Notes: generated by a model not told the origin, from the sequence alone. DNA of 61,201 nucleotides, filler included, from Nemertoderma westbladi (GCA_032718475.1; 3 parts of 3 records of this genome joined end to end with filler, not necessarily neighbours in it); one strand, 5' to 3'. Positions 12,491 through 24,817 are shown, counted from the whole stretch's first letter. Made by a program: numbers and translations.

Positions 12491-14515
12491 TTAGTTATAT
12501 TTAATATAAAGTAAACTGTTACTAAGAGTTTCGTACAGAAAGAATCCACTATTATTATTCACAATAGCCATCCCACCGAACCCGTATACCGGCACGGCAC
12601 CCAATCGGGATACTTTAGTTACGTTTGTATCGTCTTTATAAACCCCCAGATAATGATTCCCTTCTTCTTCTAGAGGAACCAAGAAATACAATGATGGATT
12701 CTGCAGTAGTTCCACCACCCCAATAGGGATGGATTTACCGCAATCTAGAACGAATAGCCTTCTATCCAATACGAGAGTAACGTTGGGTCCGGTGCCGGTA
12801 ACCTTATAGCCACATATGGATAACTTATGTTTGTTAGGTTGGAATAATCCGACGATTAAATCGGCCATATATATAAAAAAACCGATGGTAAGGAGTTTCC
12901 CGGGTTCTTCGATACGGGATATCCATTCCTTAGAACAATCGCGTCGGTCCAGTTTAATCACGCAGTTGTTTGACATTAGCACATAATCACCATGGATACC
13001 GACCATTGGGCCTATTGGTTGACCCCGGTATCTCTCTTTACCAAGACACAAATGTTTGACATCACCTCCGTCTGGGTTTATTACAAATACACATTCTTCC
13101 GTTGCGGCGATCCAGATTTCCTCGTAGTAATTATCTAGAAACTTAATCTGTTTCTTTTCGGCGTTGCAGTCGGATTCAAGAATAATAGGTTCACCACGTA
13201 GAGATAAATACTCGTCGTCGTTGAATTCGTAAATATAAATCCTGTTAGTTAGGGAATCGGTTATCCCCAGGTTCCTATAACAACCACCAATGGTACCGAC
13301 TTTACCGATTCCCATTCTCCGACAGTCGATCCGACATGTTTCCTTTAGCGGCGGATCTCTTAATAAAATATCTTCGTATTGGCGGAGGTCAAAACGTTTC
13401 TCAACCTCCAGTTCTTCTACTGGAACCGCCATCTTCTCTCCTCCATCGCCGCTATCTAAAATATCAACGCGGCCGGTAATCCCTTCCAGGTCCTTCTGTA
13501 ACTCGACCGGAACGAAACGAATTTCCGGTACCTCTACAACTTCGATCTCAGAAATCCGCTGCTCGATTTCTTTATATTTCTTTAGGATCTTCTTGGCTTC
13601 CGCTATTTCTTTGATCAACTCGGAATTCTTTATCTTCTTATAATATTCGTTTTCTTCAGGAATTTCGATACTAGCGAGAATTTCCTGCGCTGCTGATATT
13701 TTTCCCGCCGTTTTGGTATTTAAATCCCGGACCTGCTTCATCATTGTATCTTCGGCTGCTTTTAATTCGTTGTACAAATATTGGAAGTGTTTGCGGATGT
13801 CGTCGGTGGAAACTTTAGTGACGTCGTCTAAATCCCCCAGAATTCCTTCCAACACTGTTAGTTTAGTCTCCAATCGTGTTCTCAACTGTCCCGGACCTTC
13901 TACTAAGTTTCGTCTGATTGAATTACAGACTTCGTTCGTATACCCGACCTCGTGATCTTTAGAAACACCGTCAACGGAATGACATTGGCGACAAACAACA
14001 CATTCGCATTTCTCGCAATAATGGCGTTTGTTTAGACCGTGGATTAGGCACAGATCAGGATCCGGTTCTTTAGATCCACCAACAGCTCCTTGTTTATCGA
14101 GATCTACGTCATTAGACCAGCATCCCGTCGGTTCTCCAGCTGCTCCCGAATTAGGTGGATTGGCGACGCAGACGTGGTTAGGTTCGCACTTTCTGCACAA
14201 TTCGGTCTCGCAACGTTCGCAGGGATTCGTTCCTTTGTTTTTTCCGCACTCGTCGCATGTTTTTTCTTTTCGAATCATATCAATCATAGAAGTGACGACA
14301 TGGTTTACTGTCGGCAAAGAATCCAGTTTCTCAACCTCGGTGGAATTCCGACAACGTGGACATTCCAACGAAAATCCATCACCGCGTTGTTTAGAAAATT
14401 TTATTACACATTTGTAACAGAAACAGTGGGAGCAGTTGATCAAAACTCGAGGCTGATGTAAAAGTCGTAGACATACGGAACATTCGAACTCTCGCTCTAC
14501 TTGCTCCCGGTCCAT
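12491..14515 (-). CDS. TRIM/RBCC protein: RING, two B-box-like regions, coiled coil and probable beta-propeller (NHL-like) C-terminus; single coding exon
   Basis: 674-aa intact ORF; C3HC4 RING CSVC..CSHCFCYKC..CPRC; CDEC..CERC..CRKC; CLIH..YCEKC..VCRQC..H; helical charged segment follows. Confidence 0.88.
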   Translation of the reverse strand: MDREQVEREFECSVCLRLLHQPRVLINCSHCFCYKCVIKFSKQRGDGFSLECPRCRNSTEVEKLDSLPTVNHVVTSMIDMIRKEKTCDECGKNKGTNPCERCETELCRKCEPNHVCVANPPNSGAAGEPTGCWSNDVDLDKQGAVGGSKEPDPDLCLIHGLNKRHYCEKCECVVCRQCHSVDGVSKDHEVGYTNEVCNSIRRNLVEGPGQLRTRLETKLTVLEGILGDLDDVTKVSTDDIRKHFQYLYNELKAAEDTMMKQVRDLNTKTAGKISAAQEILASIEIPEENEYYKKIKNSELIKEIAEAKKILKKYKEIEQRISEIEVVEVPEIRFVPVELQKDLEGITGRVDILDSGDGGEKMAVPVEELEVEKRFDLRQYEDILLRDPPLKETCRIDCRRMGIGKVGTIGGCYRNLGITDSLTNRIYIYEFNDDEYLSLRGEPIILESDCNAEKKQIKFLDNYYEEIWIAATEECVFVINPDGGDVKHLCLGKERYRGQPIGPMVGIHGDYVLMSNNCVIKLDRRDCSKEWISRIEEPGKLLTIGFFIYMADLIVGLFQPNKHKLSICGYKVTGTGPNVTLVLDRRLFVLDCGKSIPIGVVELLQNPSLYFLVPLEEEGNHYLGVYKDDTNVTKVSRLGAVPVYGFGGMAIVNNNSGFFLYETLSNSLLYIKYN

Positions 14516-15315
14516 TGCTACATTGTCTGATTGTAGTCCAGTAGTCTGGCCTGGCTGTTTGGTACCAGTAGTTCAGTACAGTTCGGTCAGTGCTGCAGTG
14601 CAGTAGTTCTGTAGTTATGGTTTCGTTCAGTAGCCTACTCTAATGCTGTAATGCCAGAATGCTGTAATCTGGTAATGCAGTAATCCTCCTGCTGTCCTGT
14701 CCTCTCCTCTAGTCATACATACCGGTACAGCTGCTGTAACTTATTGTTTTTGCTTTTGTGAGCAATAACGGCCTCCAGCAAATAAATCATGTAGGCCTAT
14801 AACTACTGTACTTCGGTATTATTTGCTTCAGGTATTATATCCGTTTATCACACGTTCTCACTTATTTTTAGCGGTTGATATATTGTATATCACACCGTGT
14901 GATATACAGTTAGCTATATTCAAAAATTAGTTGAAACTTGTATTACTAATTAATTGCTTCTTTTAATTACAAAAATGATATAGTATACTACTGTACTAGC
15001 TAGATTTTGCTATTTTTAATATTTTGTGTAGCCCCTACGGCCTTAGGTGGTGTATAATTAATCCTTCCCCTGTGTTTAAAATATAATCAAGATATTTTTC
15101 CAAAATATGTTCTGGAATAACAAATATTTGTAACTGAGGGTTCATTTTTTCAAAATAAATAGCTAGCATATTCTAGAACGATTTCTACACAAAAAGCAAC
15201 AAGTACTACAGTAGCTATAATAAAAAAATTGGAGAAGAAAATACTAAATTGTGGAGTGGGGTTCGCTATGTACCTTATTATGCAGGATGGCCCTCTTTGT
15301 GTTCAATAAGTTCGA

Positions 15316-15406
15316 ACACATGTGATAAACAGAATATCACCTCTTCTAGGAGTGATATATCGTATATCACTCCTAGAACAGGTGATATTCTGTTTATCAC
15401 ATGTGT
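15316..15406. repeat. Near-perfect palindrome with 44-bp arms
   Basis: ACACATGTGATAAACAGAATATCACCTCTTCTAGGAGTGATATA and its reverse complement; one mismatch, 3-nt loop. Confidence 0.9.
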
Positions 15407-17437
15407 ATCACTCCTAGAACAGGTGATATTCTCTGTATATTCCGGTCTCGAACAGACTATAATTATAGTATATTCACCTGGAAAAATGTATATTCATCTC
15501 TAAAATTCGCTGCCGTATCTTTAAGCAGAAACATTCTAGAATAAATTTTTACATGATAATAGTAGTATATTAAATAAGAAATAATTACTGTATTAAATAC
15601 AGTATAATCCAAACCAATGAAACTAAGTCAATCCATAATAAATATTTATAATTCAATAATATTTCAGCAATAATACTGTAAAATGTTAAAATACCTTACT
15701 CTTATTCAGTAACATTCTAGAATATCACCTTTATGCCTATAAATTATTAAAATTTATTCTGAAATCATATTTAGCCATTTTTTTTGTATGGTAAAGCCTT
15801 TTAGGCTACTGTAGTGGGAAAAAGGGTTTGACGATAGCGATAATGACTTGTACATTGTTACAGTACTAATACTTACTAAACGGACTAAACCGTTCAGCCA
15901 TTGGCGTTATATTATAACAACGCATGCAGAGACAGTTTATTACTTAATTAATTATAAAAAGGCGCAGCTGAAACAGTTAATTGAATGAATTGGAGTTGAG
16001 CTGTTTAATGTAAAACTGTAATTAACGATGTTATGTTAGGCCTATGTTATGTTCAGAAATGGAAAAAATGAGATGAGGTCATATAGGTCAAAATGTACTT
16101 ATATCGCTGGTTGAAAACCCGGTGACGGACGTCCTCGTGTTTTCCATTTCTGAAAAGCAGTAATTAAACTTATAATGACTAGCTAACAAAAAAATAATAG
16201 CTACTAATGTTGGTAACATTAAACAACAGAAAAACACAAAAAATAGGTAACAGTTCCGTATCGCACTACATTTTTATAACATAAATCATTGTTTTAATAT
16301 TAAATAAATTATCATGCTTTATTATCGGAATATTACTGTAGATATAAATTGTATAAGACTAGTTCCGTATGAAAATTACACTAAATTCAATAGAAAACAT
16401 TTAACATATATCTATATCTATGTGCATACAGAACTCTTTTTCTTGTAAAAATAATTATGCCTTTTTCCCATATCGAATCAAATTGTCACTAATCGCTAAA
16501 GCTTGTTGGAAGAGAATCTTCGTTCAATTCCTTCAAATACATTTTGAACAATTATCTCATGGGGCTTTTCTTTCTTAAGGTTCGCAACTCTCGCAAGATG
16601 AATTCCAAAGTATTTTCTTATCTCTTCCATAACGTAATAATATATCTCCTTCACGTAATGTTTCTCGTTCAATTTGTGGCCTTTTTTAATGAGATTGCAG
16701 AAACATTCCATTGTTTCTTCACACATACTGTAACGCGTCGAATGGTTTCGCCCATCTTAACATCATGGACTGCGGGGCCGTAAGGGAGTTCATCCCTCTC
16801 TATCGTATGAACAATTTCTTCCCTTGCGTTCTTAACCCTAACGGTGTGTTCAATATAAGGATCCGCTAACCATAGCCTTGAGAATGTTTGGAATTAGATA
16901 TGTTCAACTTTTTATATACAATTCCCCGCGGTTTGTCTTTATGATGACATAATGGTCTCGAATATCCCGGTGCTGATTTTTCCTTCATCACTTCTTTTAT
17001 TTTCATCTTCATCCCCAAGTCTCTTTCTCTGAAACATAATTTATTCCATTCAGGTATTTTCTTATCTTTAAGAATTGTGGCCAACGATGTACATACAGTA
17101 GTTTTCTAGTTGAGTGTTTTGTCCCCCAGGCCAACGCCTAGAATAACAATAACCACCGGAAACATCAACGTCATCATAATAACCATCATAGATTTCGGAT
17201 TCACTGGAACTATGATCGGCCGTTGCGATAGCCTTTGCCATTATTGGGATGGATATCTTCCAATTCCAATAGGTTAACTGAGTATATCACCAGAGGAATT
17301 ATTCCATCTATACATTCAAATTTAATTGTTTTGACTTTATTAACATGCTCACAGTTTTCTTCCTACAGTACAGTTAGTGAAAGGGGTTACATATTATTCT
17401 TAATAATGCTATAGTTAATTCCAGAATCGAAAATCTG

Positions 17438-17515
17438 TGTGGGGCGAGCCACGAAGTTGGCGGAGCCTTAGCGAATTGACACTGTTAGGGGGTGGGTCAA
17501 TTTATGCAAATAGTT

Positions 17516-17584
<69 letters not shown>

Positions 17585-18775
17585 GTCGTCGTCGTCGTTA
17601 CGATTTTGACATGCTAATAACTTTGTCGGATTTAAAGCTGCCAAGTTGAAAATTTGTAGGTATCAATATGAGCAAAAGTTGAGATTTTTGAGAGACTTTC
17701 AGACACCATCAGTGCAATGGTCTCCCGCTAGAGGGCCACATGTCTAAACATTAAATGCCCTCCCATTTCTTTGCTTTTAATCCGTTTAAGCTGAAACTTG
17801 GCAGATATGTATTAGACCATTAGCTGTGACTTTCAAAGGAGGCGAATCCATCTGCAGTTCTCCAGTCTGCCGCTAGAGGGCCAAAGGTCTGAAAGTGAAA
17901 TCGTTGTCGTCGTTACGATTTTGACATGCTAATAACTTTGTCGGATTTAAAGCTGCCAAGTTGAAAATTTCTAGGTATCAATATGAGCTAAAGTTGAGAT
18001 TTTTGAGAGACTTTCAGACACCATCAGTGCAATGGTCTCCCGCTAGAGGGCCACATGTCTAAACATTAAATGCCCTCCCATTTCTTTGCTTTTAATCCGT
18101 TTAAGCTGAAACTTGGCAGATATGTATTAGACCATTAGCTGTGACTTTCAAAGGAGGCGAATCCATCTGCAGTTCTCCAGTCTGCCGCTAGAGGGCCAAA
18201 TGTCTGAAAGTGAAATCGTTGTCGTCGTTATGATATTGACATGCTTATAACTTTGTCGAATTTAAAGCTGCCAAGTTGAAAATTTGTTTTGTTGAAAATC
18301 AGTTCAACAGTCACCCGCTATAGGACTACTTTATGCCTGAAAGTGAATAGATTCTCCCGTCTCATTGATTTTAATCAGTTTAAGCTGAATCTTGCCATAT
18401 ATTCTGGACCACATGCTGCGTCTTTGTGGGGGGGGGGGGGGGGGGGGGGGGGGAGATTTAATCGGTCTGCCGCTATACGACGAAATTTCTGAAAGTGAGA
18501 TCCGTCTCTCATTTCGTTATCCGTTATTCAAGATGAAACTTGGCCGATGTACGTATGTACTATTCATCCATAGGCTGTGTCTTTGTGGGGCTGGAGACCC
18601 TAATCCATCTTCAGTTCTCACTATACCGCTAGAGTCAGAAATGTCTGAATAGAAATGAAAGAGGTAAAAAGTGATTAGGCGAAATCTGCTTAAAATTTGC
18701 TAATACAGTAATACTTTCGAATTAGTACTTAAATTAAATTTAAGTCACGTGCTGCGCGAAGGCCCCACTTCGTGT
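17438..18775 (+). mobile_element. HINE copy 3 (complete, opposite orientation to copies 1, 2 and 4)
   Basis: TGTGGGGCGAGCCACGAAG..(GTC)n..two 315-bp units..GGCCCCACTTCGTGT. Confidence 0.85.
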
Positions 18776-18871
18776 AATTGATATTGATAGGTTCTAAAAT
18801 TATCGACATTAATGACTGATTGATCTAGGTATTCTAGAAATTCACTTATTTATTTATTAATTAATATATTA

Positions 18872-19051
18872 GTGATGTTTCTTTGTGAAGAAGCTTCTTC
18901 TTTAATATTTTTCATAGATAATTAAATAACATATGACTTAAACAAATATAATTTATATCAAATCCATATTTATTATATAATTTTTTTTCAAAAATCCGGA
19001 TCAAATCCGGAAAAATATTAAAGAAGAAGCTTCTTCACAAAGAAACATCAC
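18872..19051. mobile_element. Tourist/Harbinger-like MITE, 180 bp
   Basis: About 41-bp perfect TIR GTGATGTTTCTTTGTGAAGAAGCTTC..; TTA on both sides. Confidence 0.75.
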
Positions 19052-19250
19052 TTATGGTCTTGATTGAACTAATAAAATCATAAGTAGGTGATTAACTTCA
19101 CCTACTTCTGCTACTTCTAATGTCAGACTACTGTCCACCAAGCGGCCGTACGTGTTTCAAGGTTCGTGCAACAACTACCGAGGTTCCGGGCCCAGTTGTG
19201 GGTGGTGGCCGGTGACCCAGTTACTGGTACCCACCCCGGGGCCGACGTTT

Positions 19251-19420
19251 GGGCATCGCACTTCTCAGTACGGCCACCGCGCTTCTCAGTTCGGACACCG
19301 CGCTTCTCAGTTCGGGCACCGCGCTTCTCAGTTCGGGCACCGCGCTTCTCAGTTTGGGCACCGCGCTCCTCAGTTCAGGCACCGCTCTCCTCTCCGTTCG
19401 GGCACCGCCCTCTTCTCAGT
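19251..19420. repeat. 21-bp tandem repeat (GGGCACCGCGCTTCTCAGTTC)
   Basis: About 7 copies; explains the repetitive ORFs at 19152 and 19166. Confidence 0.9.
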
Positions 19421-19728
19421 CTGTTTAAATACCACCCATATGGCATATGACTGCATCACCCTTCAATGCGATCACTATTTACAAATCAATAACTGTTATC
19501 ATTACAATCTCTTCTATACGCCAGCATCCTTCTACCATCAATTTATCTCACCTCACCTGTAACTGCTTATCGTTTGCCGTCCCATTTGTTGCTGTTTCAT
19601 ATTTTATTGCTGTACCGCCCGATTAGGCTAATAGGGCCAACTTTTGTATCACCATTTGGCTACTCCGGTTACATTTTCTTACCAATTATTGCAAATATTG
19701 TTATCATTTCGAGATTCAAAAAAGTTTA

Positions 19729-20574
19729 ATGGATCCAAACACCACAATCAATCTCAGTTCCGATTTTATATCCGATAGCGTCCTCCTCTTTGACCCTCCA
19801 TCTGTAGATAAACCATCTTTCCTCCTGCCTGGCCGTTCCATCTCTGAAGCCGACATCAGCACCCTCTCAGGCAAAAACTGGCTGAATGACAATATTATCG
19901 AGGCAATCTCTGAATTCTTCTGCCTCCAATACCCCGGTAAAGCAAAGGTTTTCAGCACCCAGTTTTTTAACACCCTCATGTCACCCAACGGGATCTCTAG
20001 GGTCCGCCGCTGGTCCCAGGCAGACACATTTTCCTATGATGTACTTTTTTTCCCAATAAACGTGGGTGGCTATCACTGGACTTTGGCATCCTTCTCCCCC
20101 CAATCAGGGGTCATCAATTACTATGACTCATTCGGTGGACTTGATGGACAGTGTGTAGCTGCCCTCCAACACTGGGTTACAGCCACTTCATCACGTCACG
20201 GCATCCAAACGCCCCCAACTAGCATCGGTTTACCCATTCCCAAACTCCAGTTCGATGGTTTCCAATGTGGGGTTTTCGTCTGTCGCTTTCTTAAAATGAG
20301 TCTCGACGGTATTGTACCCCCCTATAACAATGATGAACCAATCAATTCTTTCCGGGTCCACCTGCGGGACCTTGTTGCTAGTCACTCCACCCTAGTAAGC
20401 CCCAGTTCTTCCACCATCACGCTCCCCGAACCCGACCTTCCCCCTCTGGTCTACCCCAAACAAGCACCCTGTGCACCATCATCACCCCCCCCCATCCCAC
20501 CCACCATGTATCCACCCCTATCTCCCCTCCCTTCTTCCATGTCTTACCTCAACCCAATATCTCGGGCCACCTAA
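19729..20574 (+). CDS. Ulp1/SENP-like (peptidase C48) domain plus Pro-rich tail, probably the N-terminus of the retrotransposon ORF downstream
   Basis: WLNDNII, FSTQFF, FFPINVGGYHWTL, YYDS, QFDGFQCGVFV (His-Asp-Cys triad and oxyanion Gln present). Confidence 0.85.
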   Translation: MDPNTTINLSSDFISDSVLLFDPPSVDKPSFLLPGRSISEADISTLSGKNWLNDNIIEAISEFFCLQYPGKAKVFSTQFFNTLMSPNGISRVRRWSQADTFSYDVLFFPINVGGYHWTLASFSPQSGVINYYDSFGGLDGQCVAALQHWVTATSSRHGIQTPPTSIGLPIPKLQFDGFQCGVFVCRFLKMSLDGIVPPYNNDEPINSFRVHLRDLVASHSTLVSPSSSTITLPEPDLPPLVYPKQAPCAPSSPPPIPPTMYPPLSPLPSSMSYLNPISRAT

Positions 20575-20795
20575 GTCGATCTGAAATACCCGAATCCCCC
20601 CAAACCCTCATCTTTAGTCAGTCAGACTCTCAATCTGCTCCAACTGAACCAAGTCAAGCCAATCTACCCCGTTCCTTATGCAGCTCGTGCAGCAGGCAGT
20701 GCCTCACCAAAATCAACGGTGGCCTCCATAAACACAAGGCCCTGGATGGCTCCCATTGTCCCGGATCCGGTTCTCTACCACTACTCAATCAGCCG

Positions 20796-22210
20796 GTGGT
20801 CAGCCCCACCTCCAACCAAACCCCTGTCTCAGGGCCTTCCTGCGAGCCACCCAACCCAGCCCTGCCGCAAACACCTTGTGAGGCACCCGGGTTCAATTAT
20901 GCTGCACATTTGACAAACCTGTTCATCACTCTCTCTAAGATTAAAACCCTGACCCGCATCCCGCGTGGCGCCCGCTCATCCGCCGCATCAGCCTACACCC
21001 GCCTATGCACTTCTGCGACCCAGGACAATTCTGTAAAAAACTGGATCAACCTACTCGCCTTCCCCTATTGTCTCCGTGTTCCATCTTGCAACACCCGGAA
21101 AAGACGCTGTAACAAATCCAACCACCCCAGCCATGTCGGAAAGTCACTTACCTCTAAGGTCAAAGACCAAATCTCTGACTACCTCGATCTAGCCCTTGGC
21201 CCCTCACCCATTGCCCTCCCCACCCCTCCTAGACGATGCCCACTCAAGACAGATTCCCAAGCAATCCGTGATGAGCACTTGATGTCCTTGATATCCCTCT
21301 CATCGAGTTCTCCCTTCCAGAAATCATGAAATCTATCCGATCTTTTCCGAATGGTTCTGCCTCCGGCCCCGACAAACTTCGTCCACAATTCCTTAAGGAC
21401 TTTTGCTCCCACCAATCCGGCGATACCGCCATGGGAGCTCTGAAAGGCATCACCGGCATATCCAACCAACTAATCAAAGGATTAGTTCCAGAAACCATCC
21501 TCCCTTTTCTGTATGGGGCCCGACTATGTGCCTTTACCAAAGTCAATGGTGGAATCCGTCCCATTGCAGTAGGTTGTACCCTTAGACGTCTATCTGCTAA
21601 GACTGGTTGCCATCAATCTTCTAAGAACTCCCAACTCAAACTTGCCCCCCACCAACTAGGCCATGGAATACCCCGTGGATGCGAGGCCGCTGTACATGAA
21701 TCCCGGAGATTTCTTCTGGAGTCCGTTGAGCCAACCATCATGGTCATAATTTACTTCAAAAACGCCTTCAACAGCGTTCATCGCGGGCCTGTCCTCCATT
21801 CAATCCTGCAGAACCTTCCACCCCTGTACCCCATCGCTTTCCAGGCTTAGTCACAACCCACCCACCTCTTCTATGAGGACACAACCATTTCTTCGGAGGT
21901 TGGAATTCAACAGGGTGACCCTCTAGGCAACCTTTTCTTCAGCTTTGACACCCATGAAATTGTTGAGAGTGTCGAAACTCCCCTCAATGTCTGATTCTTA
22001 GACGATGGGTCCCTTGGAGGGACCCCCTCCATTGTTGCCTCTAACCTTGAATCCGTGATCTCCAAAGCTGCTAAACTCGGCCTCCAGATTAAAGCATCGA
22101 AATGTGAGTTGATTTTTTCCACCAACTTTCCACCAAATCGGATACCTGAGACCGCCGCCATATTCAATGCGATCACTCCTGGAATCAAATGTATCGACCT
22201 CGTCGATGCC
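20796..22210 (+). pseudogene. CRE-clade non-LTR retrotransposon ORF remnant (reverse transcriptase), with frameshifts and stops
   Basis: RIPRGARSSAA, SFPNGSASGPDKLRP, GGIRPIAVGCTLRRL, QLGHGIPRGCEAAVH, FKNAFNS, GIQQGDPLG, FLDDG. Confidence 0.85.
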
Positions 22211-22643
22211 TGAACTTCCTTGTGGTACCGGTACCTTACTGGATACCTTACCCAGACTTCTTAATTTAGTAAATAAGTAGGCCTATGGGTCATTGCGTTA
22301 TATATTCTACCTACGAGAGCCGTATGCATAAAGGGAAACTATGCAAGAAGTGCTCTGATGAAGGTAAGTCTCCCAGTAGGCTTGCTGTCGAAAATCGATT
22401 TTCTGCGATATGTTCGGATCGGATGAACAGGACAAGGATGACGTTGATGTCGACGAAACCATTATAGTCACGGACTCGACTTATCAGACAAGTCCCTAAA
22501 AGGTGCCACCCTGCTCCATAGCGCGGGAAATTCAAATGATTGAAAGACATGTTATTTGTACTGGAAATAAGGGTGGCAGATCAGATCTGCCTGTCTGCCA
22601 CCTATATTTTGGCGGTAAATTCAAATCTGTTTTAACATTGAAT

Positions 22644-24817
22644 CAAGGACTACTATACTACAGGACTGGCATACTGCCTGATCCGACTTCGCTAGCGAAG
22701 TCCATTCATTTCATACTGCAGTACTGCTGTAAGCTGTACTGCTACCGTAGAATGATTTATTATACCAGCTCAGTATACTTAACCTACAAACAGACAGCTA
22801 GACAGTTCTGCAGTTTACTGAACGTTCGCGCAGTGAAAATTCCTCCTGTCGGTGCCGAACGAGATCAGTGGATCGCCGCGCTACCACGACGCAGTGCAGG
22901 CAGATGACGGCTCTCCGTTTAAGTTATGGAAGCACTGCCGTCATTTGTATTCAACATTCTGACATTGGCCAGAGTGTCCCGCGCAGCCGCGGGAATTCCG
23001 CACAAGAAAGTCCCTGGCGGTTCCTTGCGACCAACAATACCTCCATTCTACTTCCCTGGAGTTCCCTAATCGTGTGTTCCACCGCGACCCCCCACTCCAC
23101 GAGAACTCCCTCCCATTGCGGAATGCCAACTTCAGTTGCCCAATGAGCGAGATTTAATTGGGGGCTTTTTGCAGCTGACTGAACCCGTTGTTTCTACGTG
23201 GCTAAAGGGAATCGCAGGATACGGCCGCGATACTGACATTTTTGTGAAGCGATCGGAGTTCCAAGTAGCCTATTGCTTTTCTTATTCCATAACGACGAAT
23301 ATACAGGTTTCACTTTTGTCAAAGAAGCAACTTACGTTGCAGGATTCCTGCCCTGGTAAAGGTAATCCCAGAGTTAACATCACAGGTGATATTTTAGAGG
23401 AGGATAATATATTTATTTACCCAAGCCCTAACTCGTGGTGGATTACAACTTGCTCCTCATGCCTCATCACCTCTTATGATGGACCATGGTGTCGGCTGCG
23501 TGGGTTGATGCTTTACCCAATGGAACTATACGGTGTTACAAACAACTAACTCAAGTAGTGCACATGATTGCGGTCTATTACGGTATCTCCCCACTGCCAC
23601 CAATAGCTGCTTGCCGTATCCTAGCAAACACCCTTCTTAATGGAGTACAAAAGCGATCTATGGAAGGACTATATTTTGCCTATCTACGGATAGGCAAAAA
23701 CGGCGCGACTCGCATTCTGGCGATACAGCCGCACAAACTAAATTAGTAAATTAAATTCCTCCGAATAACGGGAAGTGGACAAAATAAATAAATATTATTG
23801 TATACCAGGCCGAAATATGATATCGTTTCGTATCACGTCAAACTGTGAACTGAGATATTTCTCTACAGGGGGTCACACGTTGAGTCCGCGCCCGGAGAGA
23901 CTCATAAAAACTGAGATATTTCTCTACAGGGGGTCACACGTTGAGTCCGCGCCCGGAGAGACTCATAAAAACTGAGATATATAAAAGAGTCTACAGGGGA
24001 GTCACTCGTTTAATTTTCCGGTTTATGTTTAATATTCGCGATTGATACTTAATCAATTTATTAATTAATAATTTCAATATCTTTTTTTTATTAATAATAA
24101 TAATCAATAATTTGATTGAAGATTTTTTTAATTAATTAATTAATGAAGAGCCCGTATCGGGGTCATTGATGTATTTTCACTCTGGGGTGGGGAATATTGG
24201 GTCGGCTATCGTAATAAATAAAAAAGTAATAACATAGAGTACTTACTAGTAATATAAAGTAATTACCTAATAGTAATATAAAGTACCTAATAATAATAGC
24301 CCTATAAAGAAATAATATCAGAAAGGCAGTTGGGGGGGGGGGGGGGGGGGTGGTGGGTACCTGGAACCTGGCTTGACTTAGGATAGTAAATGACCAGAGA
24401 TAAAGAATATAGAGAGAGGGAGGTCCATGTATATTGCTGTATTGTGGGGTGAGACAAATATACCGTTAGTTGAATCCGATATCATCTGTGTCACAACATT
24501 CCCCTACCAATAGGGGTACTGTTCACATCGTTTTTTATGTCGCACAATGTACTAACTAAACACGGTCGTTCTAGACTATATTGAATAGTTAGTACACAAC
24601 ACTCGTCATCCCCTTTGTTACAAGCCTCGCTGCGCTCGTCCTTTATTTCTTGACACCAAAATTTATTATGTTACTAATAATTACGATTGTGTAATAAATT
24701 ACATACAAATCCTTTGATAACAATGTCTATAACAGTATAAAGCAATACCAAACCAATGGACTTCGCTAGCGAAGTCGGATGAAGGGGTGTGCGAGTCCTG
24801 TAGTATATTAGTCCTTG
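22644..24817. mobile_element. P-element-like non-autonomous transposon inserted in the left TIR of the foldback element
   Basis: 8-bp TSD CATTGAAT at 22636-22643 and 24818-24825; TIR CAAGGACTA(C/A)TATACTACAGGACT; subterminal palindrome GACTTCGCTAGCGAAGTC at both ends. Confidence 0.8.
23848..24010. repeat. 60-bp tandem repeat, about 2.5 copies
   Basis: AACTGAGATATTTCTCTACAGGGGGTCACACGTTGAGTCCGCGCCCGGAGAGACTCATAA repeated. Confidence 0.85.

Noticed and set aside
13290-14461. Plus-strand ORFs overlapping the TRIM gene (likewise 42949-43398 over calnexin)
   Set aside because: Antisense shadows of real coding sequence
17437-17649. Poly-arginine, protamine-like ORF (also 29408-29632)
   Set aside because: Translation of the (GTC)n microsatellite inside the HINE
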